Shown here: positions 50,076 to 61,530 of the stretch, one piece after another
Numbering within the stretch: the first letter of the stretch is position 1
Layout of the letters: every line of letters begins with the position of its first letter
From: Podarcis gaigeae
Taxonomy: Eukaryota
Assembly (NCBI GenBank): GCA_964106915.2
Contig: OZ066916.1
Reading direction: 5' to 3' (one strand)
DNA length: 64,000 nucleotides
The notes under the pieces: model-generated
Told to the model about the DNA's origin: nothing
Database searches by the model: none
The model's input: the letters and a program-made list of their open reading frames with translations, nothing else
Made by a program: the position numbers and the translations under genes

Positions 50076-51775
50076 GCCTATATTAAGCTATGGCAAGAGA
50101 GGCAATTTGTTTTCATACATAGGTCTGCATGTGTGTGCTATAAAATGAAGCCTTTCTAAAAATCAGACAGCAGAGTCACAACTGAAACGTGAGGTTGGAA
50201 TGATGAATCTGCAGATGAGGGGTCAACGTTATGGAGGATCCTGCCATACATGAAACAGAAAGGGATTTTAACTTAATCCGCCCAAAAGCAGATTCATCAC
50301 ATGAATCTTGTAGGTTGTGTAAGTCATTATGTTGCAGTTACTGAGTACATGTGCTTGTGAACACACCCCTAGTCCTATTCCATAATGTTTTAGCTATGCT
50401 TTGCCCTTGCTTGTTTGCTAAAGTGGGAGAGTTGTGTGAGGATGGGCTTGCATAGGCAATGCATCCATATACCCAGGTCAGAACAGCCAACAGGTTTACA
50501 TTTCCAAGTTGAATCTCAGCACATGTATCAGGATGTTAAGAGATTACCATCAACAGAAAGTAAAAACACTCTAAATGTTCAGGTGGATGTCTGGATATCT
50601 ATTTGCAGGCAAGATTATTCATCACACAGCTTGAGGTGAGAAAAGGGAAATTTTCCAAGGGACCAGAATACAATAAAAAATTAGCTCAGTGATTAAGTTT
50701 GATGCATGCTGATTATCACTTCAAAGAGAATTATTTTTAGTTTGTATGTGACAAGTATTGCCTGAGTGGAGATTTAATGAGCCTGGACAGCTGTGACAAC
50801 TCAGTGGTGAAAAAGCTTAATTGGCTTGCAGTGAAGCACCAAGGCACAGTGAGGGAATATTCCCAGGACTGACAATACAGTCTTCAAGCCAGCCTGGGAA
50901 CCTAGAAGGGCTCACTAGAAAGGGCTGCCTTTTCAATGTATTGCCTTTTCTCAGTGATACATGATGGGTGGCATTTTTATTAAAAAGAACTATATAATTA
51001 TCTAATTGCATTCAAGCAGTGGCCTGAAAGCCAGGCTGCAAAGGAAAGACTTTGCAGCCTCAGCTTAAACTCAAACAATCGCTGCGGCTGCAAAGTCAGA
51101 ATGAGAATGCACTCCCGACTCTTTTTCAGCTGTGAATCGGCACCAAATTCAAAAAGCACCAGACCTGCCACGGAAAGGAAGAATTAGGAGTGCAGCTAGA
51201 GCACACTCTCAGTGCTTTCTTTTCAGTTTTATCTTGTGAATTTACCTGTCCATGACACCTGGTGATGGATGGGGAGGGTAAAGGGCACGGATTGAGCCAA
51301 GCCATACTGTGAGGTGAAGATTTCCTACTGCTGATCTAATTTTCAGCTTTCTAGAGGTGTAAAGTTCAAATAAAGATAAACACCACATGGACCATGTTGT
51401 TCATGTTTCAAAATGAAATTGTTGTGGGGTAAATTCCATGTAGGATGACACAGTGCATAAACAGAGTCTAATGTGCGGAACAGAGTCTTGTTAGCCCAAT
51501 TTTGTGGTATGCCCCAAAGTGCAAGAATACCTAGTGATAATTTACAGTTCATTGTGGCGAGACAAGAATTTACAGTTCATTGTGGTGAGACAAGAACTCC
51601 TTTCTATGTTTCCTCATGGCACATGTAATTATCCTACCTCTTATATCAGCAAGTAGGGCTGTGAATTTTAATCAGTAGGTGAATGAACCACACATATAAC
51701 AGCCTAACATCCATGAATTTTGAAGTCAAAAAAGCTAGTAGCTACCACTATATCTCAGATGTATGTGGTACATAT

Positions 51776-51990
51776 TTTATTATTTATACCCTGCCCATCT
51801 GGTTGGGTTTCCTCAGCCACTCTGGGTGGTTCACAGCACATGTCAGAACATACTAAAACATCAAACATTTAAAAATTCCCAATACAGGGCTGCCTTCAGA
51901 TGTCTTCTAAAAGTCAAATAGTTGTTTGTTTCCTTGACATCTGAAGGGAAGGTTTTCCACAGGGAGGGCTCCACTATTGAGAAGGCCCTC
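51776..51990 (-). mobile_element. L2 3' fragment
   Basis: Antisense of the 34880-35090 tail (ataccctgcccatctggttgggtttcctcagccactctggg; cagggctgccttcagatgtcttctaaaag). Confidence 0.8.
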
Positions 51991-52063
51991 AAAAATATTA
52001 TTATGTCATCATCTCATGCCCTTTGCATTTAATAACCAACAGTGTCATTATTGATCATTCCAG

Positions 52064-52126
52064 GTTTCAGTTCCAAGGAAGACGTGGTCCCCAAACCCCT
52101 GGAACCAGTTTCACAGGGAAACCCAA
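52064..52126 (+). CDS. VIT: VIT coding exon 12 (GFSSKEDVVPKPLEPVSQGNP)
   Basis: attccag / gtatgt; LEPVS.G.P motif precedes VWA1. Confidence 0.9.
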
Positions 52127-52584
52127 GTATGTGCACCAGTAAAGTATTGGCACCTGAGAGTCTGCCCTATCAAGGCTTCAGCCATTGGGAGGAAGGGAGA
52201 GCCTTCTTAGAGGGCTTCCCCATTGTGATTTCTGGGGGAAGGGAAAGAATGCATGTATCAGGGTTCAAAGATGTCATCCGGGTTGCAGTGGAATCCACAT
52301 TTTGCTAATGAGCTTAATTTTTGCTGAATCCATTCCAAAGTTAGCTGAAGAGAAATCACCCAGGACTAGTTATTGGTTTTTACTGCTGCAGACTGAGCTG
52401 CTGTTTAACCTAGTTGTGATTTTCAAGATAATATAAACTGGATGTTTGAGGCACACATTTGCAAGAGCTGCAAAAGTTTGCCTAAAAATTCAGTGAAGCA
52501 GCCCAGGGTGTTACTCCTCTCGGCCCCAGACAGCATGCTCAACGGGCAACCCACCCTTTTAGCTAGAGGGTTTTAGTCCTGGAG

Positions 52585-52906
52585 CATAGGTAGGCAAACT
52601 AAGGCCCAGGGGCCAGATCCGGCCCAATCGCTTTCTAAATCTGGCCTGCGGACAGTCCGGGAATCAGCGTGTTTTTACATGAGTAGAATGTGTCCTTTTA
52701 TTTAAAATGCATCTCTGGGTTATTTGTGGGGCCTGTCTGGTGTTTTTACATGAGTAGAATGTGTGCTTTTATTTAAAATGCATCTCTGGGTTATTTGTGG
52801 GGCATAGGAATTCGTTCTCCCCCCCCAAAAAAAAAATATAGTCTGCCACCCCAAGGTCTGAGGGACAGTGGACCGGCCCCCTGCTGAAAAAGTTTGCTGA
52901 CCCCTG
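52585..52906. mobile_element. hAT (Charlie-like) MITE with internal tandem duplication of about 64 bp
   Basis: Ends cataggtaggcaaact / agtttgctgacccctg; gtgtttttacatgagtagaatgtgt...ttatttgtggggc occurs twice. Confidence 0.75.
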
Positions 52907-54802
52907 ATCTAGAGGATCACTGGTCCCCTATCCTTGGTCTCTTGCCATGGTAAAACCATCAGGGGCTCCTGAGCAGGCATTATATATACAGTATCTGATT
53001 ATACAGTAAGGTTTCTTTTTTCTGACCCAATATAGAATTCTATTTAAAATGATGCTTTATCCTAACTTAGGGGTTGAACTGCTATGTTGTTGGACTGCAG
53101 TTCCAATATCCATGAACATTGATTATGCTGTGGAGGCAGAGCATAGCCATCATGGGCCACAAGCCTGTTTATCCTCTCTCCCTGCCCCAGAGACATTAAT
53201 TTCATTCTCAAAACGTGCCCTCCTAATTCTTGCTCTTAATGCCATCAATATCAATCTTAGATTATGGCTACTCAGGGACAAAATTTATGAATCACCTTTA
53301 AATAGCTGCAGGAAAGTGCTAATTTTCCTCCTAAAATAGCAACGCGGGTGTATCTGCCTCACCAGGTTTTATCACAGTTCTCCGCAAATAATTACTGGAT
53401 TTTGTCAGGGGTTTGCTTCTGGAGCCAATCTTGTAATGAAAGGAATGTCATGCAGGAGCCAGGAACAATTTCAGCACACAGTACAAATCCTGAATCGGAG
53501 TAAGGAAGTTGGAACACACTCGGAACAAGATCACTCACAAAGGGTTTTGTAAAGGGCATGGGGAATTTTTGCAAGCCTGGCACCTCTTCAGTGAAATATA
53601 CCTTTATTGGCACATCTGTCTTGGTGGGAGCAGTTTCAAAGAAAACCATACAAGAAGCCTGACTAGGAACAAAAACCATTAATTGCCATTTAGGCTTATC
53701 CAGACGTTGATCCCTTTCAAGGAAGAGTATTTTCTCAGCAGCTTAGAGCAAAAGAAGAATAGACTATTTCTTGAAGACACTCCTTGCAGGTCAAAATGAA
53801 TAAATTTGGTTACTTAAAAAAAAAATAGAGAGAAGAGGTTGCTTTAGCTTTGGTGTTTGTCTACTGTTCTGCAAGCCAAAATAGCAAGATGAGTGAGGAC
53901 ATGTGCATTTAATAGACTACAATCAAGTTTTTAAATATCCAGACTGGAGAGGCAGATCTGAAAGCCACAAAGGAGATTATCATTCTTTGAATTACTTCCA
54001 TGTCTGGCAAAATAGCAATTCCCACTTCAATAAAGAAGGAGGTTTTTTTGTTCCAGCACTAATTAAAGAACACTTTTTGTGTATGTGTTGGGGGTGTGTG
54101 TTTTTTTAAAAAAAAAATAGCTATACAAATCAGAATGCAGGAATGGAGAATACAACCACAATGCACACTAAAATGCAGGAAGGAAAGTGTGGTAAAACTT
54201 TCATGTGGTAAGACTGCTGCTGGACTGTAACACTTCAGACTTGGTGAGAGGGGGGTAGAACAATTGAATGCTCCTTCCTATAAAACACACAGTGCATATA
54301 GAAAATTAGCAGAGAGGAGAAAATTATACTGTCGCTAACTCACAATATGCTCATCTTATAGGTGCAAGGAAAATGTTGTTTATTAGTTTGGGTTCGTTCT
54401 GTGGAGACACAACTAATTATTCAACCTCACACCACCATCCTGAAGTAGCTCAGTCCGCATGAGTCACATATAAATAACTGCTTGTCTAAAGTGCCTCTGA
54501 AGTCCAAGTCTTGCAAAGTTGTCAAATCTTACACAATCATTTAATGACATGATTTGAATATGACTGCTCCTGATGTATTCAAATAGCCCACATGGAGCTC
54601 AACCCCATTATACATCTTCTGAGAAGTTGGCCTCATTAGGTTTAAATGGAATTTAGTCCCAGGTAAGTGTGCATAATATGGCTGTATCCTTAGGGTATGT
54701 GGGGACTCCTAAAAGTGCCTTCTGAGCTAAGGTTTCCTTTCAAAGGTCTGTGTGATTTCAAGGTGGCCTGTATCAGCTGAGATAGCAGAAGTAGAAGGAA
54801 GA

Positions 54803-54902
54803 ATCATAGAATTATAGAGTTGGAAGGAACTCTGAGGATCATGTAGCCCAACCCCTTGCAATGCAGGAACATTGCAGTTGTCCCATATAGGGATCAAACC
54901 TT
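54803..54902 (-). mobile_element. SINE/CR1 3' tail fragment
   Basis: atcatagaattatagagttggaaggaac...aaccccttgcaatgcagga, the same tail as 25030-25171. Confidence 0.65.
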
Positions 54903-55480
54903 GGCAGATTGGGAACCATTGGTAGATATGGATGCAGTCTGCAGTAGATCGTTAAGGGTTTCTGACTTCTGATTGTCAAACCATAGCAACAGCCAAACAA
55001 CTTTCCCCACCTGAAATGAAGTGGACCAGGAAAAGAGAACTTTTGGGTTTAAGAACTGCAAACTTGGTTCAGTTCTGGTAATAAAAACACATTTCAAAGC
55101 TCAGACTGTGCTCCAAGGCACCATGTTCAATAATCATGTTTGTCTTTTATACTAATTCTGGTTGGTAAAATTTGGGGTGGGGGTGGGGGAAAGAAAAGTA
55201 TATTAAACAATCCTGAAGTTTGCCCAGCTCTGTGGATGGAACCTTTATAGAAACAGAATTCTTTCTGAACAGAAACAGAAACACCAATTCTTCTCTACAT
55301 GCCAAGTAGGCTTATTGTTATCTATGTCAAGTGAAGCTTTGTAATCTTTGGTAAATTCTGTGAATGATTGAGTACATGCTCTGTTATGATTTGAGGTGTG
55401 TTTTTGTAGTCATGCAGGAAAAACACAAAATATATGCAAAAGGACCTCCAAAGTTACTGTAATCTATTCTTTTTTTTCAG

Positions 55481-55628
55481 ATTGCAAAGTTGATTTATCC
55501 TTCCTGATAGATGGCAGCTGGAGCATTGGCAAGCGCCGCTTTCAGATCCAAAAACAGTTCCTCAAAAATGTTGCTCAAGCCCTGGATGTGGGCCCAGCTG
55601 GTCCTCTTATGGGCATCATCCAGTATGG
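55481..55628 (+). CDS. VIT: VIT coding exon 13 (VWA1 start, MIDAS DGSWS)
   Basis: ttttttcag / gtaaga; CKVDLSFLIDGSWSIGKRRF. Confidence 0.96.
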
Positions 55629-56315
55629 GTAAGAGAGTATGATGTATTTTCATAACATCTGTGCTGCCTAACATCCATCTCCATGTCTGTGGCAATACCA
55701 CAGAAACTTCTTGTGGCAAACTACTTAATACACTTTTTTTTTTTGTTCTACAAATTGAAGCAGATATGTATCTCACATTGCTAGACTGCACCAGCACTGC
55801 ATCATAAAAATCATATATCTTAAGTTAGGACCTTGTTAGCTTTTTTGATATATCCAACCATGGTCAAAATCCAGTCTTAATCTCCATTGTCAGAAAAAGA
55901 TTTCCAAATACAGAGATTCTTGATTGTTCCACAACCTTTCTGCAGATCACTTGAATGGAGTGTGTAGACCACAATTTGAGAACCTCTCTAATATCCCATA
56001 CTTCAGGGATTATGTGAGTCCAACAACAATGGGGGAGACCGCAGGTTCCTCACCCCTCACCCATCAAGGGCAGTTGCCCCACCTACATACATTTTTTTTG
56101 TTAAATAATTTATTTTAAAAAGCAGCCACAAACATAGGTTTCACGTATGACATGTTTACACATTTCTATGAAAACACAGGAAATATTCATGCGAAATTAC
56201 TATAAATTACAACTAGTATCATTAATGTGTTAAGAGTTAGTGCCATATTGTGTATGAACTTATTTTCCTGAGGATAACACAAGACAAAATTGCTCCATTT
56301 TCATTTTACGAATAG

Positions 56316-56419
56316 TGATGACCCTTCAACTGAATTTAACCTGAAGACCTATACAAACTCTAAGGATCTGCAAAATGCCATAGAGAAAATACTACAGAAA
56401 GGAGGATTGTCCAATGTTG
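56316..56419 (+). CDS. VIT: VIT coding exon 14 (DDPSTEFNLKTY...QKGGLSNV)
   Basis: gaatag / gtatgt; frame consistent. Confidence 0.95.
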
Positions 56420-56703
56420 GTATGTATCCTGCACAATACATCCACAGCAGTTTAATAATCAAAAGATGTTGGTATGCTAGATGTTCTAGGCAGATTGAGG
56501 TCAAGACCACAAACTGTCCTCACTCATTTCTGGTTCCTCTTCCCTTAGTTTGGAAAATACTTTGTCTTCCAGAGAATCAGGATTTAATATCTGAAAGTTT
56601 TCTCTGAATAGCTTGTCCCTTTCACAGTGCAAATATAGCAGATTGGTGAGACACCAACCACCATAGAGTTCCAAACAGAAATTAAAATACCCCGTACCTT
56701 AGT

Positions 56704-56850
56704 CAGTGCTTTTTTCCTAAAAAAATGTTTAGGGGTACTACCATTTCCCTACTCATATTGAAATACTGCCCCTCAATGAGGCCAAACTTAGATTCACAAA
56801 ATGTTTAGGGGTATGTGTACCCCTGCTTCCCCCCAGAAAAAAAAGCAGTG
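56704..56850. mobile_element. hAT-type MITE
   Basis: TIRs cagtgctttttt / aaaaaagcagtg; 8-bp TSD accttagt / actttagt. The same left end occurs truncated at 32333-32363. Confidence 0.75.
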
Positions 56851-57410
56851 ACTTTAGTTCAGTATCCCTTATTGCAAATCTATTCCCTCTTTCGGCTTTT
56901 AAAACATATCAGGCAGAAGTTAGAGACACATTTGACCAAGCAAGCAAGGAAGGAAGACACACACATATAAGAAGATTCCACGGCAGGTTCCGTTATTGGA
57001 CGAGGGATCGCATGCAGATGTGGGATGTGAATGCACAAATGAGATTTGCATCAACTTTGTTATGCACATTTGGATGTGAGGCAACCCTCTGACATAACAT
57101 GGCCCTGGTGGGGGCATATATGTCCATTTCCATGTGGATAGAAAAATGTATCCTCAACCAGCAACTTAGATTGAATGTGCTTTTTTGCCTGTAACTAGAT
57201 CTGGGCCACTGATGATTTGAGAGAATCCTCAAATTGTTGTTGCTCCTGTCCTCAATTTTATAGTTTCTGTTGTTAGTTATAGACAATAATAGGCAAAACA
57301 ATCATACAAATGGCAAGGAGCTCAGGTTCTAAGAGATTTTAACGTTCCTTTTCATTGTTTTGCTCAGCAAGTTACAACTCTTACTTCCCCCCATCCCCAT
57401 CTTCATGCAG

Positions 57411-57637
57411 GAAGAGCGCTGTCCTTTGTTAACAAAAACTTCTTTGAGGATGCTAATGGGAACAGAGGTAGTGCACCCAACGTTGCTATAGTGATGGTGG
57501 ATGGGTGGCCTACAGATAAAGTGGAAGAGGCCTCTCGGCTGGCAAGGGAATCCGGCATCAACATTTTCTTTGTCACCATTGAAGGACCAGATGAAAATGA
57601 AAAGCAGAATGTTATTGAAACAAACTTTGTGGACAAG
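57411..57637 (+). CDS. VIT: VIT coding exon 15 (VWA1 C-half)
   Basis: catgcag / gtaagg; GNRGSAPNVAIVMVDGWPTDKVEEASRLARESGINIFF. Confidence 0.96.
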
Positions 57638-58940
57638 GTAAGGAATACATTGGGATCCATCAAGAAAGAGGCATGATTTCTTGATTCTGATGAAAGGTGG
57701 GATCCGAACTCTTCATCACATGTAGGTGAGTCAATATAAAAGTGAGACATCCTTGCCAGGCCAAAAACCCACAAGTATGAGTGAGCAAACTGGCTACCAC
57801 TCTGTTCCAACAATATCCAGCAATAGCTATATCGTTCTCTCTTTGAAATATTCACATGCTACAATAGTCACCATATTGAGACTCAATACAGCAAAGTTTT
57901 ACAAGATCCCCGGTATAAACAGGATGCATCTATGTACGATTAGTTCTTCAGTGGAGTCACACAGGACAGATTATGAAGGTTCAGCAAGTGGGACTGCAAG
58001 ACTCAAGCAATCAACTCACTTCAAAGCCTCAATCAAGTTGTGTAGTGTTAGACCATGTTTACTGAACACTGTGTACTCTTGCCTCCAGTTTTCCTCCAAA
58101 ACACACAAAAGTTCTGGATACACTTCAGTTAGAACTCATTCTCACAAGCTATGTAGTATAGGTCAGGTACTCATGACAAAATGCCTTTTCAGCTGAGTGG
58201 TGTTAGTCTGGCATGTATGTAGTCTTTCCTGGAAGGTTGGCAAATGAGCCCAAGTTCAGGAAGCAAAGTGGACTTTGAGAACTGTCCTTCAGAATACATC
58301 TTTCCCCCCCTCCCTCTGGACACCCTTTCAGATAATTTTGTGCACTTTCCACTGTGTCTGTGCCATGAAATACATTTCCTATTAACTTCAAAGCCCCTTA
58401 ATGCCTTCAACCTGGGAAGCCTCCAGACTGAATTGGACTGGCTGATGGTCTCGATTTCCTTTAGGTTTGAATGGGGGAAGAGCCACAGTAAACCTCTGTG
58501 CACTTGCCAGACTGGGAAAGTAGAATGAGGCAAGAAGCCCTGTGTTCATACATAGTGACTTAATGGTAGCTGTATCTTAGAAAATGGAAATAACTTTAAG
58601 ACATGAGAGCAAACACACCTGCAATGAATGTTAAGCCTGTTGACAGAAGTAGAGTCAATTCAGATGCTAGTTTTGCAATGTGGCAGATACTCGAGTAGCA
58701 AGTATAAATGCAACAGTCTACCATTTAGCTGCCTTTAAGCTGGATGTAGACCTCATCATCTAAGAAACTATAAGGGCGGGTATTATTCAGCTGTGTTTTC
58801 TACCAGTTTGATGCAATACCAATTTGTCTCATAAAAAGGCTGTCGTAAGGTGAAATCAATGACTGATAGTAATAAGTTGCCTCCATGAATTTTGCTGTAA
58901 CTGCTCTTGAAATTCATTGCTTTTGTTTCCTCTCTTTCAG

Positions 58941-59454
58941 GCTGTGTGCAGGACCAATGGGTACTATTCCATCAATGTGCCCAGTTGGTTCAGCTTACAC
59001 AAAGTAGTGCAGCAGTTAGTGAAGCGAGTCTGTGACTCTGATCGCCTGGCATGCAGCAAGACCTGTCTCAATGCAGCGGATATTGGATTTGTCATTGACG
59101 GGTCCAGCAGCGTTGGCACTGGCAACTTCCGCACCCTCCTCCAGTTTGTCGCTAACATCAGCAAGGAATTCGAGATTTCCGATACAGACACCCGCATTGG
59201 AGCTGTGCAGTACACCTACGAACAGAGGCTGGAGTTTGGCTTCGACAAGCACAGAACGAAGCAGGATGTCCTAAACGCTATCAAGAGAATCAACTATTGG
59301 AGCGGAGGAACCAGCACCGGAGCAGCCATCAACTATGCCTTTGAACAGCTCTTCAGCAAATCCAAACCAAACAAGAGGAAGATAATGATTCTTATTACAG
59401 ATGGCAGATCATACGATGATGTCCGGGGGCCGGCTGCAGCGGCACATCAGAATG
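58941..59454 (+). CDS. VIT: VIT coding exon 16 (VWA2, MIDAS DGSSS)
   Basis: ctttcag / gtaagc; within ORF 58917..59552. Confidence 0.97.
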
Positions 59455-60035
59455 GTAAGCCAGAAGACCCTATAAACACCTATTTTAGGGGTAGGCAACC
59501 TATAGTCCTACAGATGTCACGGAACTACAGCTCCCATCATTCCCAACCATAGCTTATACTGGCTGGAGGTGATGGGATTTGGAGTCCTGCAACATCTGCA
59601 AAGCACTGAAGAACAGAAGAGTCCTGTTCCATCAGACCAAGGCCCATCTACGCCAGAACCCCTCATTTATTTTTAAAAAAGCTTAGCATAAAGCACCCAA
59701 ACAATGGGGCTCTGGATCTAGAATATGGCATCTAAGTTTTGCAAGCCAGAAATCCAAATTTGGTATAATAAAAAAAGTAGTGTATTTGTATATTCTTGGT
59801 GAACATTAAGCCCTTCAATTTTTGAAACACAGGAAGGACATGTATGAGTCATTCAACAAGACAATAGGGAATGGGGAACAACAAGTCTGGGGATTGGAAG
59901 GCCTCATTTATTTAAGTTTAAACACCTCACCACTTCTGATAATATTTTTGGGCCCTTATACGGATATTACTTTGAATGCAATATTGTTTCAAATAAGGCA
60001 TTAACTTCATTATGTACTCATGTTTCTCACTTCAG

Positions 60036-60214
60036 GAGTCATAGCCTATTCAGTAGGAATTGCATGGGCTGCCCAAGATGAGCTGGAAGCCATTGCTACT
60101 GACCCCGACAAAGAACACTCCTTCTTTGTGGACGAGTTTGACAGCCTCTACAGATTTGTTCCTAGGATCATCCAGAATATTTGTACCGAGTTTAATTCGC
60201 AACCACGGAACTGA
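60036..60214 (+). CDS. VIT: VIT last coding exon (...IQNICTEFNSQPRN*)
   Basis: cttcag acceptor; TGA at 60212-60214. Confidence 0.96.
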
Positions 60215-61399
60215 AATCAGCAGCAGGCTCCAGGAAACACTGCATCACTACATGAGAAAATGTTCGGCAAGCAGGGCCAGCCAGGAGGTTTAAAGGCATC
60301 TGTGGCTAAGAGCCAATGCCAGCTCTATTCTCCATGCATGGCAATAATGGGTGTAGACTGATCAATCTCCTCCCCCCCCCCTTGCTGGTTTCAAAACTGA
60401 TTCAATAGAGGAGCTGGCTACAGTCCTTGGTTAGATAATTCACTTGACTCAAATCTATAGTTTGGAGTTAACTTCCACATAGAATAGGAGACTAATAGGT
60501 CTAAGGCTGTAACCCAGATGGACTGGACTTAGTGGGCATGCCAGAGATGGCATTTGTTGGGTACCTCCCCATTTCAACTCTCTAGTGATGCAGAGGGGAG
60601 TAAATGGCTAACCAACAGCTGACTTTAAAATACTGCATGGCGCTTTGAACCCGGCCTTTAATTAAGAGTTGTTGGCAGACACATGAGGACAGGAAGCAAG
60701 CAAAGGACAAGAGACTACAACAAGCAGGGCAGATCAGGATTTGGTTCTAGGGGAAAAAAATCAGTATCAACAAAGATGGAGTGTGGCACTCACACCAGCT
60801 GTCCACAATTGCTTTGTTGGGCATAATAGCATAAGTGTTGAAAGAATAGTTTGGGGGAAATTGAAGCTTACAGATTGTTTAATTACACATCACAGAACGT
60901 TCAACTGAAGTTAGTTGCAATGCAGGCCAGGCAGACAGAGTCTGTAACCTGGCACCAAAAGAGCAAGGCAGTAAATTATATATATGGTTCCTACCAGTTT
61001 CCTTCCTGTCTTCATAAACGAGTCCAGAGAGCAGCTTCTCACATGCCTAGTTCAGTGACATCATATTCCTTCCATCTCTTCAGATTCTAAAATCAAGCCT
61101 CCGCCTAAGACGGAATCTGCAGTTTTTACAGATGCTTCTAGGGTTGGTGCTGTGATGCATTACAAAAAGCATCAGTGGTAATCTATTATTTATTCTATAT
61201 CCCATGAGCCAGAGTATTTATCATTGGACATCAGCATCAAATGCCCTCTGCTGATTTTACAACTGCTGTCACAAGCAACAGACCCTGTCAATTCTCTTTG
61301 ATTTTAATATATAGCTATTAGCACTCAGGCCCAAGAATAGTTTTATCAGCAATTTGGTCCTGAAGTGGGCCTTTGGTGTGTAGCATAAGATGTCAAATA

Positions 61400-61530
61400 G
61401 ACGTTTATTCCTACTCTCTGCTTCCTGTTCCACAAGAGAGCTTGTTCTCTTACCCCATGACTGCTAAGTTTACTCAGGAGCCTTTGGAGAGTGATCTTAT
61501 GATTTTTTAAAAAGTCTTGAGTATTCACTA
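61400..61530 (-). mobile_element. Degenerate CR1 RT fragment
   Basis: Minus-strand QRLLSKLSSHGVR...LW.NRKQRVGIN is the CR1 RT motif (H.RLL.KL..HG...W.....RKQRV.IN). Confidence 0.75.

Larger units (their letters stand above)
38870..60214 (+). other. VIT: Vitrin gene, complete CDS: 17 coding exons, 2175 nt, 724 aa (signal peptide, LCCL, linker, VWA1, VWA2)
   Basis: All exons join in frame from ATG 38870 to TGA 60212-60214. Vitrin-diagnostic peptides include KVAGQSGYKGS.SNG..SLSLPRWRESF, DGWPTDKVEEASRLARESGINIF and IQNICTEFNSQPRN*. Confidence 0.96.

Noticed and set aside
52669-52803. CRISPR-like direct repeats
   Set aside because: Only two copies, inside a hAT MITE, in a vertebrate genome; no spacers or cas genes.
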